Assembly: GCA_965242525.1 (NCBI GenBank)
Contig: OZ251459.1
Coordinates: 1,344,001 to 1,408,000 of the forward strand
DNA: 64,000 nt
Source of the DNA: an uncultured Candidatus Binatia bacterium
GTDB taxonomy: Bacteria > Desulfobacterota > Binatia > UBA9968 > JAJDTQ01
Direction: 5' to 3'
Numbering within the stretch: the stretch's first letter is position 1; each line of letters opens with the position of its first letter. A program made the translations under genes and the position numbers. The notes below the pieces were generated by a model. That model did no database searches. It saw nothing but the letters and a program-made list of their open reading frames with translations, and was not told the DNA's origin. This document shows, in pieces, positions 38,131-47,478 of this stretch.

Positions 38131-38696
38131 GTTCCCGCGGCCCCTCCATGGTCTTCACCGGCGCGTTGCTCGCGCTCACCGCCTGGGCCCTGTGGGAAGC
38201 CCGCGGGTGGCCCGTCCAGGCAAGCCTCATGGCCTGGCTCATCGGCCTGCCCACGGCCGCGCTGCTGGCGCTCCAACTCGCCCGCGAGATCCTGGGAAGG
38301 GCGGACCGGGCCGACCCCGCTTCGGGCGGCGAGGAAGGCTTCCTCCCCGCGGGGGCCGCGGGTCCCGGCGCCGCGGCGGCCGCGGACCCGGCCGAGGAAC
38401 GCCGCCGGACCGCGGCCATCATCGGCTGGGTCCTGGGCTTCGCCGCGGCCATCTGGCTGGCGGGTTTCCAGTTCGGGGTCGCGTTGGCGACGCTGCTCTA
38501 CCTCAGGAGCGCCGGCGAGGGCTGGCTCACCGCGGGGGGCGTCACCGCGGGCGTGCTGGCCGCGGTGGTGCTGGTGTTCGACTGCGGCATGCACGTCTTC
38601 TTTGCCGAGGGAAAGCTCCTGATCTGGACCGGGCTGGGCGCGGGCCCGGTCTTCACGAGCTTCTGCCGCGAGGTCTCGACCATCTTCGGAGGGTGA
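38127..38696 (+). CDS. TctB-like small membrane subunit
   Basis: Hydrophobic segments; ATGA overlap with tctA. Confidence 0.8.
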   Translation: MSSRGPSMVFTGALLALTAWALWEARGWPVQASLMAWLIGLPTAALLALQLAREILGRADRADPASGGEEGFLPAGAAGPGAAAAADPAEERRRTAAIIGWVLGFAAAIWLAGFQFGVALATLLYLRSAGEGWLTAGGVTAGVLAAVVLVFDCGMHVFFAEGKLLIWTGLGAGPVFTSFCREVSTIFGG

Positions 38697-38702
38697 CCGC
38701 GG

Positions 38703-39791
38703 CTACAGTGCGTAGAGTTCCCTGGCGTTGTCGCTCAGGATCTTCCGCTTCTGCTCCGCGCTGATGTCGTCGTTGCGGTTGAAGACCGTGAACGCGTCCA
38801 CCTCGCTGGAGGCGTCCGTGTGGCCGTAGTCCGTGCCGATGACGATGTTGTCCTCTCCCGCGTACTTCAGCACGTAGGGGAAGTCGTCGTCGGTCTGGGC
38901 CGACACGTAGATGCGGAACTCCTTCATGGGGTTTTCGGGGTAGTCCCTGCCCGCGGACCTGCGCAGCGTCTCGTTGACCACCCAGGGCACCCACTGGGCG
39001 GACGATTCGATGAACCCCCAGCGCAGCTTCGGAAAGACCCTGGGGACCTCGCTCATCATCAGCGTGAAGCAGGTGGACACCGTGGGGATGCGGAAGACCG
39101 GAAGACCGCCGCCCGAGTCGTAGCGGGGCCGGAACTGGGTGGCGAGCCTGGGACTGCCGTTGGCGATGTGGATGCCCATCATCATGTCCAGGCGCATGGC
39201 CTCGTCGAACACCGGATAGAAGTAGGGGTCCACCAGGTGCCGGTCGCCTTCGAAGGGCCGCAGGCACACGCCCACCGCGCCGTTCTCCCTGGCGAAGCGG
39301 ATCTGCTCCAAGGCTTCGCCCAGGGTCATGGCGGGCACCACGCACACCCAGCGGAGCCGCCCGCCGCCCTGCTTCCACACGTCCGCCATCCAGCGGTTCC
39401 AACTGGCGCACAGGGCCACCTCGGCGTCTGCGTGGTCGGTGACCTGCTCGATCCACAGGGTGTTGTACATGACCTGGACGTCGATGCCGAGCTTGTCGAG
39501 GTGGTCCACGCGCAACTGGACGTCCTGGAGCTCCCGGGCCTCCTGGGGCGTCTGCATCTGCCTTCCGGCCTTGGCCGAGACTTCGTCGAGCTGCTGCTCG
39601 CTCAGGGTCTGGAAGCGGAACCCCAGCACCTTTCCGTCCATGACCCAGTACTGGGTCGTGGGGTCTTCGGGAGAACCGAAGAGCTGCGGCCGGAACTTCT
39701 TCTCCGACGCCTCCAGGTAGTCCCACGTCCTCTCGGTCTCCACTACGTGGGCGTCCGCGTCCACCACCAGGGTCTTGCCGTTGCCGGACAT
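38703..39791 (-). CDS. Amidohydrolase_2 family protein
   Basis: VDADAHVVE, GIH, FIES, IGTDYGH; start ATG 39791. Confidence 0.9.
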   Translation of the reverse strand: MSGNGKTLVVDADAHVVETERTWDYLEASEKKFRPQLFGSPEDPTTQYWVMDGKVLGFRFQTLSEQQLDEVSAKAGRQMQTPQEARELQDVQLRVDHLDKLGIDVQVMYNTLWIEQVTDHADAEVALCASWNRWMADVWKQGGGRLRWVCVVPAMTLGEALEQIRFARENGAVGVCLRPFEGDRHLVDPYFYPVFDEAMRLDMMMGIHIANGSPRLATQFRPRYDSGGGLPVFRIPTVSTCFTLMMSEVPRVFPKLRWGFIESSAQWVPWVVNETLRRSAGRDYPENPMKEFRIYVSAQTDDDFPYVLKYAGEDNIVIGTDYGHTDASSEVDAFTVFNRNDDISAEQKRKILSDNARELYAL

Positions 39792-40001
39792 GGTCGTTCT
39801 CCTTTCGCGGGTCGGTTTGTCTCCTCCGCGGATTTCCCCTAGACTCGGAAGCGGTATCGCGCAACGCTCCGCACGGGAACGGGCGGCCCCGCCTCGGCCT
39901 TCATCGGAGCCGCGGGCGCGGACGGACGGCCGCAGCACGTCGCCGGCCCGTCCCGGTCATCCATCGTTCCAGTAGTAGCGAACCGCGGGATCGAGTGTCA
40001 A

Positions 40002-40111
40002 GGAAAGTCTGATCAATTCCGGCTCGAACTCCCTTTCCCTGCGAGAAAGCGCGTCCTTCGACTCCGCTTCGCTACGCTCAGGACGAACGGGGGTAATCGT
40101 TCAGGGTTTCC
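40002..40111. mobile_element. MITE-A2 full copy (110 bp)
   Basis: Ends GGAAAGTCTGATCAATT / AATCGTTCAGGGTTTCC; flanks TCAA/TCGA. Confidence 0.85.
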
Positions 40112-40328
40112 TCGAGACGTTCCGGCGCATCCGCTATCCGGGCGGGTCCGCCCGAGCACCGGAAGCGGGCGGCGGCCTACCGCGGTCCTGCCGGCTCGAC
40201 ACAGCGTTCCTCCGGCAGGAAGGATGCCCGCCTTCGGCGCACGGCGCAAGGCGGAGCCGGCGCGACACGAGCGCAAGGGCGCGGCCCGCCCTTGCGCAGC
40301 GGCGTTGCACGCGAGCACGTATCGAACC

Positions 40329-41075
40329 ATGCGATATGCCGTTGTCATCCTGGCCCTCGCGCTGGTTTCGGCGCTGGTCATCGGAAGCTCCGGCGCCTGG
40401 AACAGGGACTGGCGCACGGCCAGCCGCGCGAGCTCGGGCATCGCCCCGGACCCGCAACGGACCGGGGAGGCGGTGGTGCAGGTGTACGCCGCCCGCGCCT
40501 TCAACTGGCGCGGACTCTTCGGCGTGCATACCTGGATCGCGGCCAAGGACGCGGGCGCGGACGCCTACGTGGTCTATCAGGTGGTGGGCTGGCGCGCGTT
40601 GCGCAACCTGCCGGTGGTAGTGGTGCGAAGGGACGTCCCCGACCGGCTCTGGTTCGACAGCCGCCCCAAGGTCATGGCGGACCTGCGGGGCGCCGCGGCC
40701 GAACGCGCCATCCCGGAAATCCGCAAGGCCGCGGCGAGCTATCCCTACGCGGAGACCTACCGGCTGTGGCCCGGTCCCAACAGCAACACCTTCACGGGCT
40801 ACGTGGCCCGCAGGGTGCCGGAGCTCGGAGCCGCGCTGCCCTCCAACGCCCTGGGCAAGGATTACCTCGACGGGGGGCGGTTCCTGGCCCCCGCCCCCAG
40901 CCGGACCGGCTGGCAGCTATCCATCTACGGCGTGCTGGGCCTGACCCTGGCGGTCCAGGAAGGGCTGGAGCTCAACGTCCTCGGACTGGTCTTCGGCATC
41001 GACTTGGCCCGGCCCGCCCTCAAGCTCCCGCTGGTGGGCCGCCTGGGACTCAGCCGGGACTTGGCGGAAGGATGA
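40329..41075 (+). CDS. DUF3750 domain protein
   Basis: WRTASRAS, QVYAAR, GVHTWI, YRLWPGPNSNTF, ALGKDY. Confidence 0.85.
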   Translation: MRYAVVILALALVSALVIGSSGAWNRDWRTASRASSGIAPDPQRTGEAVVQVYAARAFNWRGLFGVHTWIAAKDAGADAYVVYQVVGWRALRNLPVVVVRRDVPDRLWFDSRPKVMADLRGAAAERAIPEIRKAAASYPYAETYRLWPGPNSNTFTGYVARRVPELGAALPSNALGKDYLDGGRFLAPAPSRTGWQLSIYGVLGLTLAVQEGLELNVLGLVFGIDLARPALKLPLVGRLGLSRDLAEG

Positions 41076-41118
41076 ACCACGGTCGCCCGCACGCCGCGGC
41101 CGGGACCGTCACGCGCCC

Positions 41119-41976
41119 ATGACGTCCCAGTTCCTGGCCCTGGTGACGTCGGTGTTCTACGCCGGCTGCTTTCTGGCCACCCGCCGCGGCATGATCTACT
41201 CCACGCCCACCACCGCGGCCTACGTGGCCTTGAGCGTCAACACCGTGATCCTGTGGACGGTGGTCTTCCTCACCCGCGGCGTGCCCGCGGTCCCCCTCCT
41301 GGCCACCGCCTGCTTCGTGGCCGGCGGCCTGATCCAGCTCGGCACCCGCCTGTTCGCCTACAACGGGGTGGCGCGCCTCGGGGCCAGCGTCACCAGCACC
41401 GTCCAGGCCACCAACCCCCTTTTCGGCACGGCCCTCGCGGTCGTCTTCCTGCACGAGACGCTGACCCCGTTCCTGCTCTTCGGCACGGGTTCGGTGGTGT
41501 TCGGCATCGTCCTGCTCTCTTGGAGGTCCCAGCCGCAACAGGCCTACCGGACCTGGGAGCTGGTCTTCCCCCTGGGCGCCGCGGTCACCGCCGGGCTGAA
41601 CCACCCCATCCGCCGCTACGGCCTCACCCTCGCCAACGAACCCCTGTTCCTCAGCGCCGTCATGGGCGCCGCAGCGCTCGCCCCCATGCTGCTCAACCTC
41701 CTGAACCCGCGAGCCCGAAGGGATCTGGCGCTGGACCGCCGCGCCCTTCCCTGGTTCCTCGCCACCGGGGTCTTCGAGGCGGTGGGGATCTGGTCACTGG
41801 TGGCCGCGCTGGGCATCGGCCAAGTGGTGGTGGTGGGACCCATCGTGTGCATCGCCCCCCTGTGGGTGCTCCTGGGCACACTGCTCTTCTCCCGGGACAT
41901 CGAGCAGGTGAACCTCCGCACCGGCGTCGCCACCCTGTTCGTGATCACCGGCGTGGCGTGCATCTACGTGGCGTGA
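41119..41976 (+). CDS. DMT/EamA family transporter
   Basis: About 10 hydrophobic segments in a duplicated EamA pattern. Confidence 0.85.
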   Translation: MTSQFLALVTSVFYAGCFLATRRGMIYSTPTTAAYVALSVNTVILWTVVFLTRGVPAVPLLATACFVAGGLIQLGTRLFAYNGVARLGASVTSTVQATNPLFGTALAVVFLHETLTPFLLFGTGSVVFGIVLLSWRSQPQQAYRTWELVFPLGAAVTAGLNHPIRRYGLTLANEPLFLSAVMGAAALAPMLLNLLNPRARRDLALDRRALPWFLATGVFEAVGIWSLVAALGIGQVVVVGPIVCIAPLWVLLGTLLFSRDIEQVNLRTGVATLFVITGVACIYVA

Positions 41977-42182
41977 AGTCGCGCCGCGCCGCCTTTTCCG
42001 GCAGACCCGAGACAGACCGACGCATCGGTCCTTCGCCGAAAACCTGTCTCACGCTGGATGGTACGATCAGGGGCGCTTCAGGAATTCGTATGGGTTGTGA
42101 CACTCCCCACCCACGCGATGAGGTCGCTTCCCTCCCATTCCGACCATGCGTCCTCGGTTTGGCGTCGCAGACACCCCACCCC

Positions 42183-42235
42183 CGTCATTTCCCGCAGACG
42201 TCCCACCTCGTCATTCCCGCGAAAGCGGGAATCCA
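42183..42235. repeat. REP-like doublet (CGTCATTCCCGCGAAAGCGGGAATCCA)
   Basis: Palindrome; inverted partner at 42461-42513. Confidence 0.88.
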
Positions 42236-42244
42236 TCCATTCCC

Positions 42245-42454
42245 ATGAAAACTCCCCGTGTTTCCATCCTTCCGACCAAACCCCAGGGCACTCTGCATCA
42301 CTGTCTACCAGTTGGTTGGATACGAGGCCCCTGAATCCATGGGAAGCCCTATCCAGAGAGAAAAGGCAGTCAGAAAATGGCATCGGACAAGGAAGATCGA
42401 GTGGATCGAGAAGGGTTGTCCGAGTTGGAGATGTTTGTACAACGAGAGCGGTGA
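42245..42454 (+). pseudogene. Degenerate small GIY-YIG (YhbQ/UPF0213-like) endonuclease
   Basis: MKTPRVSILPTKPQGTLH, then frameshift/deletion, then VYQLVGYEAPESMGSPIQREKAVRKWHRTRKIEWIEKGCPSWRCLY; resembles the family pattern VYILAS..GTLY..AI.REK..K.W.R.WK..LIE..NP.W.DL. Confidence 0.78.
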
Positions 42455-42460
42455 AACTGG

Positions 42461-42513
42461 GTGGATTCCCGCTTTCGCGGGAATGACGGGGGGTGGGCGG
42501 CTGCGGGAATGAC
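42461..42513. repeat. REP-like doublet, inverted
   Basis: GTGGATTCCCGCTTTCGCGGGAATGACG...GCGGGAATGAC. Confidence 0.88.
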
Positions 42514-42602
42514 TGGGCAAGCGTCTGCGGAGCAACGACGGCGTAGTCCCTTTCGCTCCCCTGTCCCTCCTAACTTACCCACACGAATTCCTGAAGAGCC
42601 CC

Positions 42603-43268
42603 TTAAAGCAGGATGGGCGACACGAGCACCTTTTCCCGGAGCCACGTGGACAGGTCTGCGAGGCTGCGGGAGCTGATCTCGTGTCCCATGTCGTACTCGC
42701 GGTAGTCCACCGGCACGTGCAGGTTTTTCAGCAGGGTCACGGAGTGCCTGGCCCGCTCCGGCTCGATCAACTCGTCGCGCGCGCCGTGGTGGACCAGGGT
42801 CTGGAGGGAGTCCACTCCGTCGGCCACGCCGAAGCGTTGCAGCATGTTCTCCCGGAGCCAGGAGCTCAGGATGCACATGCCGGCGAAACGGCCAGGCTCC
42901 GACAAGCCCAGGCTGTAGGCCATGCCGCCGCCCTGGCTGAAGCCCAGCAGCGCCAGGCGGCGGGGGTCGATGGGATAGCGGCGCAGGCACTCGTCGAGCA
43001 ACCGCCGGAGGCTGTCCCGCGACGAAAGGACGGCCGCGGCATCGACTTCCCCGCCCGTGGACATGGGGAACCAGGCGTAACCGGTCATGCCCGGACCCAC
43101 GGGCATCTCCAGGGGACCCTGGGGACAGATGACCCGGAAGGCCCCGTCGGCCAGGTGGGGGGCGAGCCCCAGGAGGTCGAGGGCGTTGGCGCCCCGGCCG
43201 TGGAGCGCGAGGACCGTGGGATGGGGTTCCTCGCCCGGAGGCTCGTACACGCAGTGAAGCAGTTCCAT
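42603..43268 (-). CDS. Phospholipase/carboxylesterase (alpha/beta hydrolase)
   Basis: LHGRG, GFSQGG, HGARD, MGHEI; start ATG 43268. Confidence 0.9.
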   Translation of the reverse strand: MELLHCVYEPPGEEPHPTVLALHGRGANALDLLGLAPHLADGAFRVICPQGPLEMPVGPGMTGYAWFPMSTGGEVDAAAVLSSRDSLRRLLDECLRRYPIDPRRLALLGFSQGGGMAYSLGLSEPGRFAGMCILSSWLRENMLQRFGVADGVDSLQTLVHHGARDELIEPERARHSVTLLKNLHVPVDYREYDMGHEISSRSLADLSTWLREKVLVSPILL

Positions 43269-43270
43269 GC

Positions 43271-44218
43271 TCAGTCCAGCACCGCCCGGAGGTCCCGGAC
43301 GTAGTCCTCGAACCCGGCGTCCATGGTGTACTCGGGCTCCCAACCCAGGTGCTCCCTGGCCCTGGATATGTCCAGCGGCACGCTGACCGCGGTCTCCGGG
43401 GGTTTCCCGGGAAGGACTTCCACTTCCAGGTGGGGGAACTGCCGCTCGGCCGCGGCCACCAGTCCGTCGAAGGTCGTGACCTGGCCGACCCCGATGTTGA
43501 ATATGCCCTTGTCGGGCATGGGCACGGTGGCCGCCAAGTCCACGGCGCGGCCCACGTCCTTGGCATAGACGTACTCGAAGTCCATGGTCTGGGCCTGGGG
43601 AATCCTCGCCATCTCGCCCCGGATCCCGGCTTCCAGCAGCGTCTGCACCTTCTCGCCGCCGCCGGAGCCGCCCCAGAAGTGCCCGAGCCCGTAGGCGTTG
43701 GCCAACCGCAGCACCAGGAGCTCGAAGCCGTAGAGCCGCTGGTACGCCTCCGCCATCAACTCCTTGGTGGCCTTGGAGTTGCCGTAACCCGACCCCGGTC
43801 CCCGGGGCGTGTCTTCGTGGATGGGCTGGTCGGTGAAGCGCCGCCGGTCGTAGGCGCCGAAGGTGCTGATCAGGACGAACCGCTTTACCCCGGTGAGGCG
43901 CGCGGCCTCCAGGACGTTGATGGTGCCCATGACGTTGATCTGGAGACCGTTGTGGAGCGACTCCACCACCCGCGGCCCGATCAGCCCCGCGGTGTGCACC
44001 ACGGTTTCCGGCCGGTAGCGCTGCATGGCCTCGGTCAGCGCCGGCAGGTCCCGGATGTCCTTCTGCACCACCTCCACGTCCACCGTCCCCAGCTTCCGGT
44101 GCAGGTACTCGGTGCGCGGCATGAAGTCGTAGAAGACCAGCTTCTCGTTGCGTTTCAGGGCAACCTGGGCAAACGATGTGCCCACGAGCCCTACTCCGGT
44201 GACAAGTGTCGTCGCCAT
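43271..44218 (-). CDS. NAD-dependent epimerase/dehydratase
   Basis: VTGVGLVG, YGNSK. Confidence 0.88.
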   Translation of the reverse strand: MATTLVTGVGLVGTSFAQVALKRNEKLVFYDFMPRTEYLHRKLGTVDVEVVQKDIRDLPALTEAMQRYRPETVVHTAGLIGPRVVESLHNGLQINVMGTINVLEAARLTGVKRFVLISTFGAYDRRRFTDQPIHEDTPRGPGSGYGNSKATKELMAEAYQRLYGFELLVLRLANAYGLGHFWGGSGGGEKVQTLLEAGIRGEMARIPQAQTMDFEYVYAKDVGRAVDLAATVPMPDKGIFNIGVGQVTTFDGLVAAAERQFPHLEVEVLPGKPPETAVSVPLDISRAREHLGWEPEYTMDAGFEDYVRDLRAVLD

Positions 44219-44238
44219 GATCGACTGACTCCTCTGCA

Positions 44239-44342
44239 GGAACCTCTGATCGATTCCGGCTCGAACTCCCTCTTCCTGTGGAAAGCGCGTCCTTCGACTT
44301 CGCTTCGCTCAGGACGAACGGGGACGATTGTCCAGGGTTTCG
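44239..44342. mobile_element. MITE-A2 copy
   Basis: GGAACCTCTGATCGATTCCGGCTCGAACTCCC...core...GATTGTCCAGGGTTTC. Confidence 0.82.
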
Positions 44343-44466
44343 TATGGATTACCCGTGCGCAGCGCGCCCGTTCCCGCATTTATACCGTGGACCGGCGCCT
44401 CATCCCCAAGCCCCACCTGCGCACAGGACCCATCGCCCGGAGACAGCCGCGGCGTAGGCGTCGACG

Positions 44467-44634
44467 TCAGGCGCCATGAACCGTTACCGCTTCCAGGGTT
44501 GCCAGCAGCATTTCGAATTGTCCCATCACGAACAGGAACAGGAGGAGTAGCAGGATAAGCGTCAGGTTGGCCAGTATCTCCGCTGGCAACTCGGCGGCGT
44601 CCCATTGCTCCCGAATCGTCTCCAACAACGTCAT
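44467..44634 (-). CDS. Small hypothetical membrane protein (55 aa), possibly phage-derived
   Basis: GGAGG RBS; ATGA overlap with the HNH remnant; one hydrophobic helix. Confidence 0.45.
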   Translation of the reverse strand: MTLLETIREQWDAAELPAEILANLTLILLLLLFLFVMGQFEMLLATLEAVTVHGA

Positions 44635-44775
44635 GGCTTGCCTCCCTGGATCAACCGCTGGCGCCGGCGCCACTCGGTCCGGCCCTTGACCTTCTCGTTC
44701 TCGGCGCCCGTCTTCTTGAAGTGACAGGCGCGGCAGAGGGTTTGCAGGTTCGCCCCAGGCCCCACCCCGCACAAA
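44631..44775 (-). pseudogene. HNH endonuclease C-terminal remnant
   Basis: RGGAW, frameshift, then ANLQTLCRACHFKKTGAENEK...IQGGKP*. Confidence 0.6.
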
Positions 44776-44949
44776 CTCCATCCATAACGAACTTGGGTTC
44801 CATGGGCAACCGGACTGCCTGCCCCTTCCCCCGTTCGGCCACGGACCTTCGGTCCTCCCCTTGCACGCGGACGCCTGCGCTCCCGGGCCGGGAAACGGGA
44901 CGGAAGCGGGGACCGACGTCCGTTGGCGAGACCCGGAAGCCCCGGCGCC

Positions 44950-46029
44950 CTACCCCTTCAACCGCGGCATCACGCTGTCCGCGATCATGTTGATGGCCTC
45001 CTCGTAGTCCGGACCGAGTTTGGCGAAGGCGATCTCGTCATAACCCATGGCGCCGGCCTGTTCCGCCAACTCCACGATCTGGTCGGCCACCTCCGCGGGA
45101 CGCCCGGCCACGTAATAGGCCAGGACCATCTCCTCGGTCACCATCTCGGCGGCCTCCTCGATGGTGGCGCCCCGGGCGAAAGCCTCCTTCAAGTCGAACA
45201 CCTTCTGCCGGTCCACCCCCAGCCGGGCGTACTCCTCCGGAGTGAACCCCAACGCCTCCCACTGGAGGATCGAATGGGACACTTGGCGCTTGGGGAACTC
45301 GATGGCCGCGGCCCGGTCCCGTGACACGGACACGTTGAGCTCGACCATCTTTCGCAGGGTCTTGTTGGGGTCCACGCTCCGGGCGCCCGCCTCGGCCGCC
45401 TCGTGCATCTCCTGCAACCGGCCCGCCCGAAGCATGGGGATGAACGTCCCGGAACTGATGAGTCCGTCCATCACCGCGCCGCCCATGCGCAGGGACTGGG
45501 GACCGTTGCCCCCGGAATAGATCACCACCGGAGACCTCGGCCGGAACGCCAACTCGAAACCGCCATCGGGGTTCAGGTGGAAGTAGCCGCACAGGACCGG
45601 GAAGTCCCGGTAGGCCACGCGCTCCCCCGCAAGCGCCCGGGACGCGAACACGGCCATCTCCCGCACCAGTCCGATGGGCTTGCGCACCTCCACGTGCTGC
45701 GGCGTCTGGGCCAGGTCGCCGCGCGCCAGTCCGAAACCCACTTCCCTTCCCTGGGACAGCTCGGACAAGGTGGCGAGGGAGTCCACCACCTCGATGGGAT
45801 GGTGCAGGTACGGCACCAGGATGGCTGTGCCGATACCGATGGGCACGCGCGCCGCGATGGCGGAGAGCACCACCACCTGGCTCCGGTACCGGGCGTTGTC
45901 GTTGACCCAGATCCTCTCGAACCCCCGCCTGTGGGCCAACTCGGCCAACTCCACGAGCCGGTTCGCCGTATAATGGTTCGCCAAGTGGGCCACGAACTGG
46001 AGCCCGAGCATACCCTTGAATGCAGTCAT
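44950..46029 (-). CDS. LLM-class oxidoreductase (Mer-like)
   Basis: GFERIWVND, IGTAILVPY, GGNGPQSL. Confidence 0.85.
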   Translation of the reverse strand: MTAFKGMLGLQFVAHLANHYTANRLVELAELAHRRGFERIWVNDNARYRSQVVVLSAIAARVPIGIGTAILVPYLHHPIEVVDSLATLSELSQGREVGFGLARGDLAQTPQHVEVRKPIGLVREMAVFASRALAGERVAYRDFPVLCGYFHLNPDGGFELAFRPRSPVVIYSGGNGPQSLRMGGAVMDGLISSGTFIPMLRAGRLQEMHEAAEAGARSVDPNKTLRKMVELNVSVSRDRAAAIEFPKRQVSHSILQWEALGFTPEEYARLGVDRQKVFDLKEAFARGATIEEAAEMVTEEMVLAYYVAGRPAEVADQIVELAEQAGAMGYDEIAFAKLGPDYEEAINMIADSVMPRLKG

Positions 46030-46216
46030 AACCGTCCCTTCCTTGCAGAGGCGTTACATGGCCCGATTGCATGGATCCCATTGTGGTGCCTGTCCACCGC
46101 CGACGTCAACCGTCACCCGGGATCCCGCAACGGCCCCCGGGGGACGAAGCTTGGACCCACCGCCCGTTTCGTAGTAGGGAAACCTCAAGGCAACCCTGTT
46201 CAAGGCCAAGCAGTCA

Positions 46217-46319
46217 GAGCGCGTCCTTCGACTTCGCTTCGCTACGCTCAGGACGAACGGGGATAGGAGGGATAGGGTGAGGAAGTCTCCCATCCATGAC
46301 TCGATTGTTCAAGGTTTCC
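46217..46319. mobile_element. MITE-A copy (left end degenerate)
   Basis: Core plus TIR TGACTCGATTGTTCAAGGTTTCC. Confidence 0.78.
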
Positions 46320-46339
46320 CCTGACCCGTTCCGTAGCAG

Positions 46340-46564
46340 GGAAACCCTGAACTATTACCCTGTAACAGTGACCAAGTCACTGACGTGGAACATCTTATCA
46401 TGCACGGGAAACATGTCTCGCGCTGTATCCCTGCTGACAGAGTGACTGTTACAGGGTACTATTTATCCCGTTCGTCCTGAGCGTAGCGAAGCGAAGTCGA
46501 AGGACGCGCTTTCCCATAGTCCCATCGGGAGAGGAATCTCAAGCCGGAATGGACCAGAAGCACC
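46340..46564. mobile_element. MITE-A2 copy interrupted by MITE-B
   Basis: GGAAACCCTGAACTAT[MITE-B]CTATTTATCCCGTTCGTCCTGAGC...AGCCGGAATGGACCAGAAGCACC. Confidence 0.8.
46356..46458. mobile_element. MITE-B (103 bp, 17-bp TIR, 4-bp TSD CTAT)
   Basis: TACCCTGTAACAGTGAC ... GTGACTGTTACAGGGTA (16/17); CTAT on both sides. Confidence 0.9.
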
Positions 46565-46634
46565 GTGGATTAGCACCGCGCTCCACCGACCGCCGGAAGG
46601 GGGGCGCCGTGCGGACCCCCGCGGACGAGGAACC

Positions 46635-47447
46635 GTGACCCCTACCCTGACCCTCGCAGTGCTCGGCATATTGCAGGGACTCACCGAGTTCCTGCCCGTG
46701 AGCAGCTCGGGCCACTTGGTGCTGCTCCAGTCCGTGCTTCCGGGTTTCCGGGAGCCGGGCGTGCTGTTCCACGTCACCGTGCACCTAGCGACCCTGGGCG
46801 CCGTGCTCCTCTACTTCCGTCGGGACGTGGCGGCGCTGGCCGTCGCCGCGGTCATGCCCGGCCGGGCGGACCCATCGACCATCCGCCTGCTCCGGCTCGT
46901 GGTCATCGGCACCGTGCCCACCGCCCTCATGGGCCTCGTCTTCGCGGAAGCGCTCGAAAGCCTGTTCTCCAGCGTCTCCACCGCGGCGGGCATGCTGCTG
47001 GTGACCGGAGTCCTGCTCTTCGCCACCGACCGCGCCCCGGAGCGGACCCGCGGGGTCGAGGGCATGGGCGTGGGCCACGCCCTCGTCATCGGCATGGTCC
47101 AGGGCATGGCCATCGTCCCGGGCATCTCCCGCTCGGGGGCCACGGTGGCCGCGGGGGTCTTCTCGGGGCTCGGGCGCGACTTGGCGCTGCGCTATTCGTT
47201 CCTGCTCTCGGTCCCCGCCATACTCGGGGCGTTCGCTCTCCAGCTCCTGACCCACGGCCTCGACGGAGCACGGGAAGTCAACCTCCCGGGCTACGGGTTG
47301 GCCTTCCTGGCCGCGTTCGCGGCCGGCTACGCCAGCATCAACGTGCTGTGGAAGGTGTTGCTGGCGCGCAGGCTCACCTGGTTCGCCTGCTATTGCTGGT
47401 GCGTGGGCCTGGCCGTGTTGCTCGCCCGGTTCCTGCCCCTCGAATAG
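46635..47447 (+). CDS. uppP: Undecaprenyl-diphosphatase
   Basis: GILQGLTEFLPVSSSGHL, PGISRSGAT, SFLLSVP. Confidence 0.95.
   Translation: MTPTLTLAVLGILQGLTEFLPVSSSGHLVLLQSVLPGFREPGVLFHVTVHLATLGAVLLYFRRDVAALAVAAVMPGRADPSTIRLLRLVVIGTVPTALMGLVFAEALESLFSSVSTAAGMLLVTGVLLFATDRAPERTRGVEGMGVGHALVIGMVQGMAIVPGISRSGATVAAGVFSGLGRDLALRYSFLLSVPAILGAFALQLLTHGLDGAREVNLPGYGLAFLAAFAAGYASINVLWKVLLARRLTWFACYCWCVGLAVLLARFLPLE
47370..47401 (-). other. Protospacer of CRISPR spacer 1 (inside uppP)
   Basis: AGGCTCACCTGGTTCGCCTGCTATTGCTGGTG is identical to 5436-5467; PAM-position triplet on the minus strand is ACG (47404-47402). Confidence 0.9.
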
Positions 47448-47478
47448 CGTTCCGCCCTTCGGTCACTCCTCGTCGAAA

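Larger units (their letters stand above)
42070..42602. mobile_element. 533-bp non-autonomous element with 26-bp TIRs enclosing REP doublets and a GIY-YIG pseudogene
   Basis: Left GGGGCGCTTCAGGAATTCGTATGGGT vs reverse complement of right end GGGGCTCTTCAGGAATTCGTGTGGGT (24/26); flanks TCA/TTA. Confidence 0.75.
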
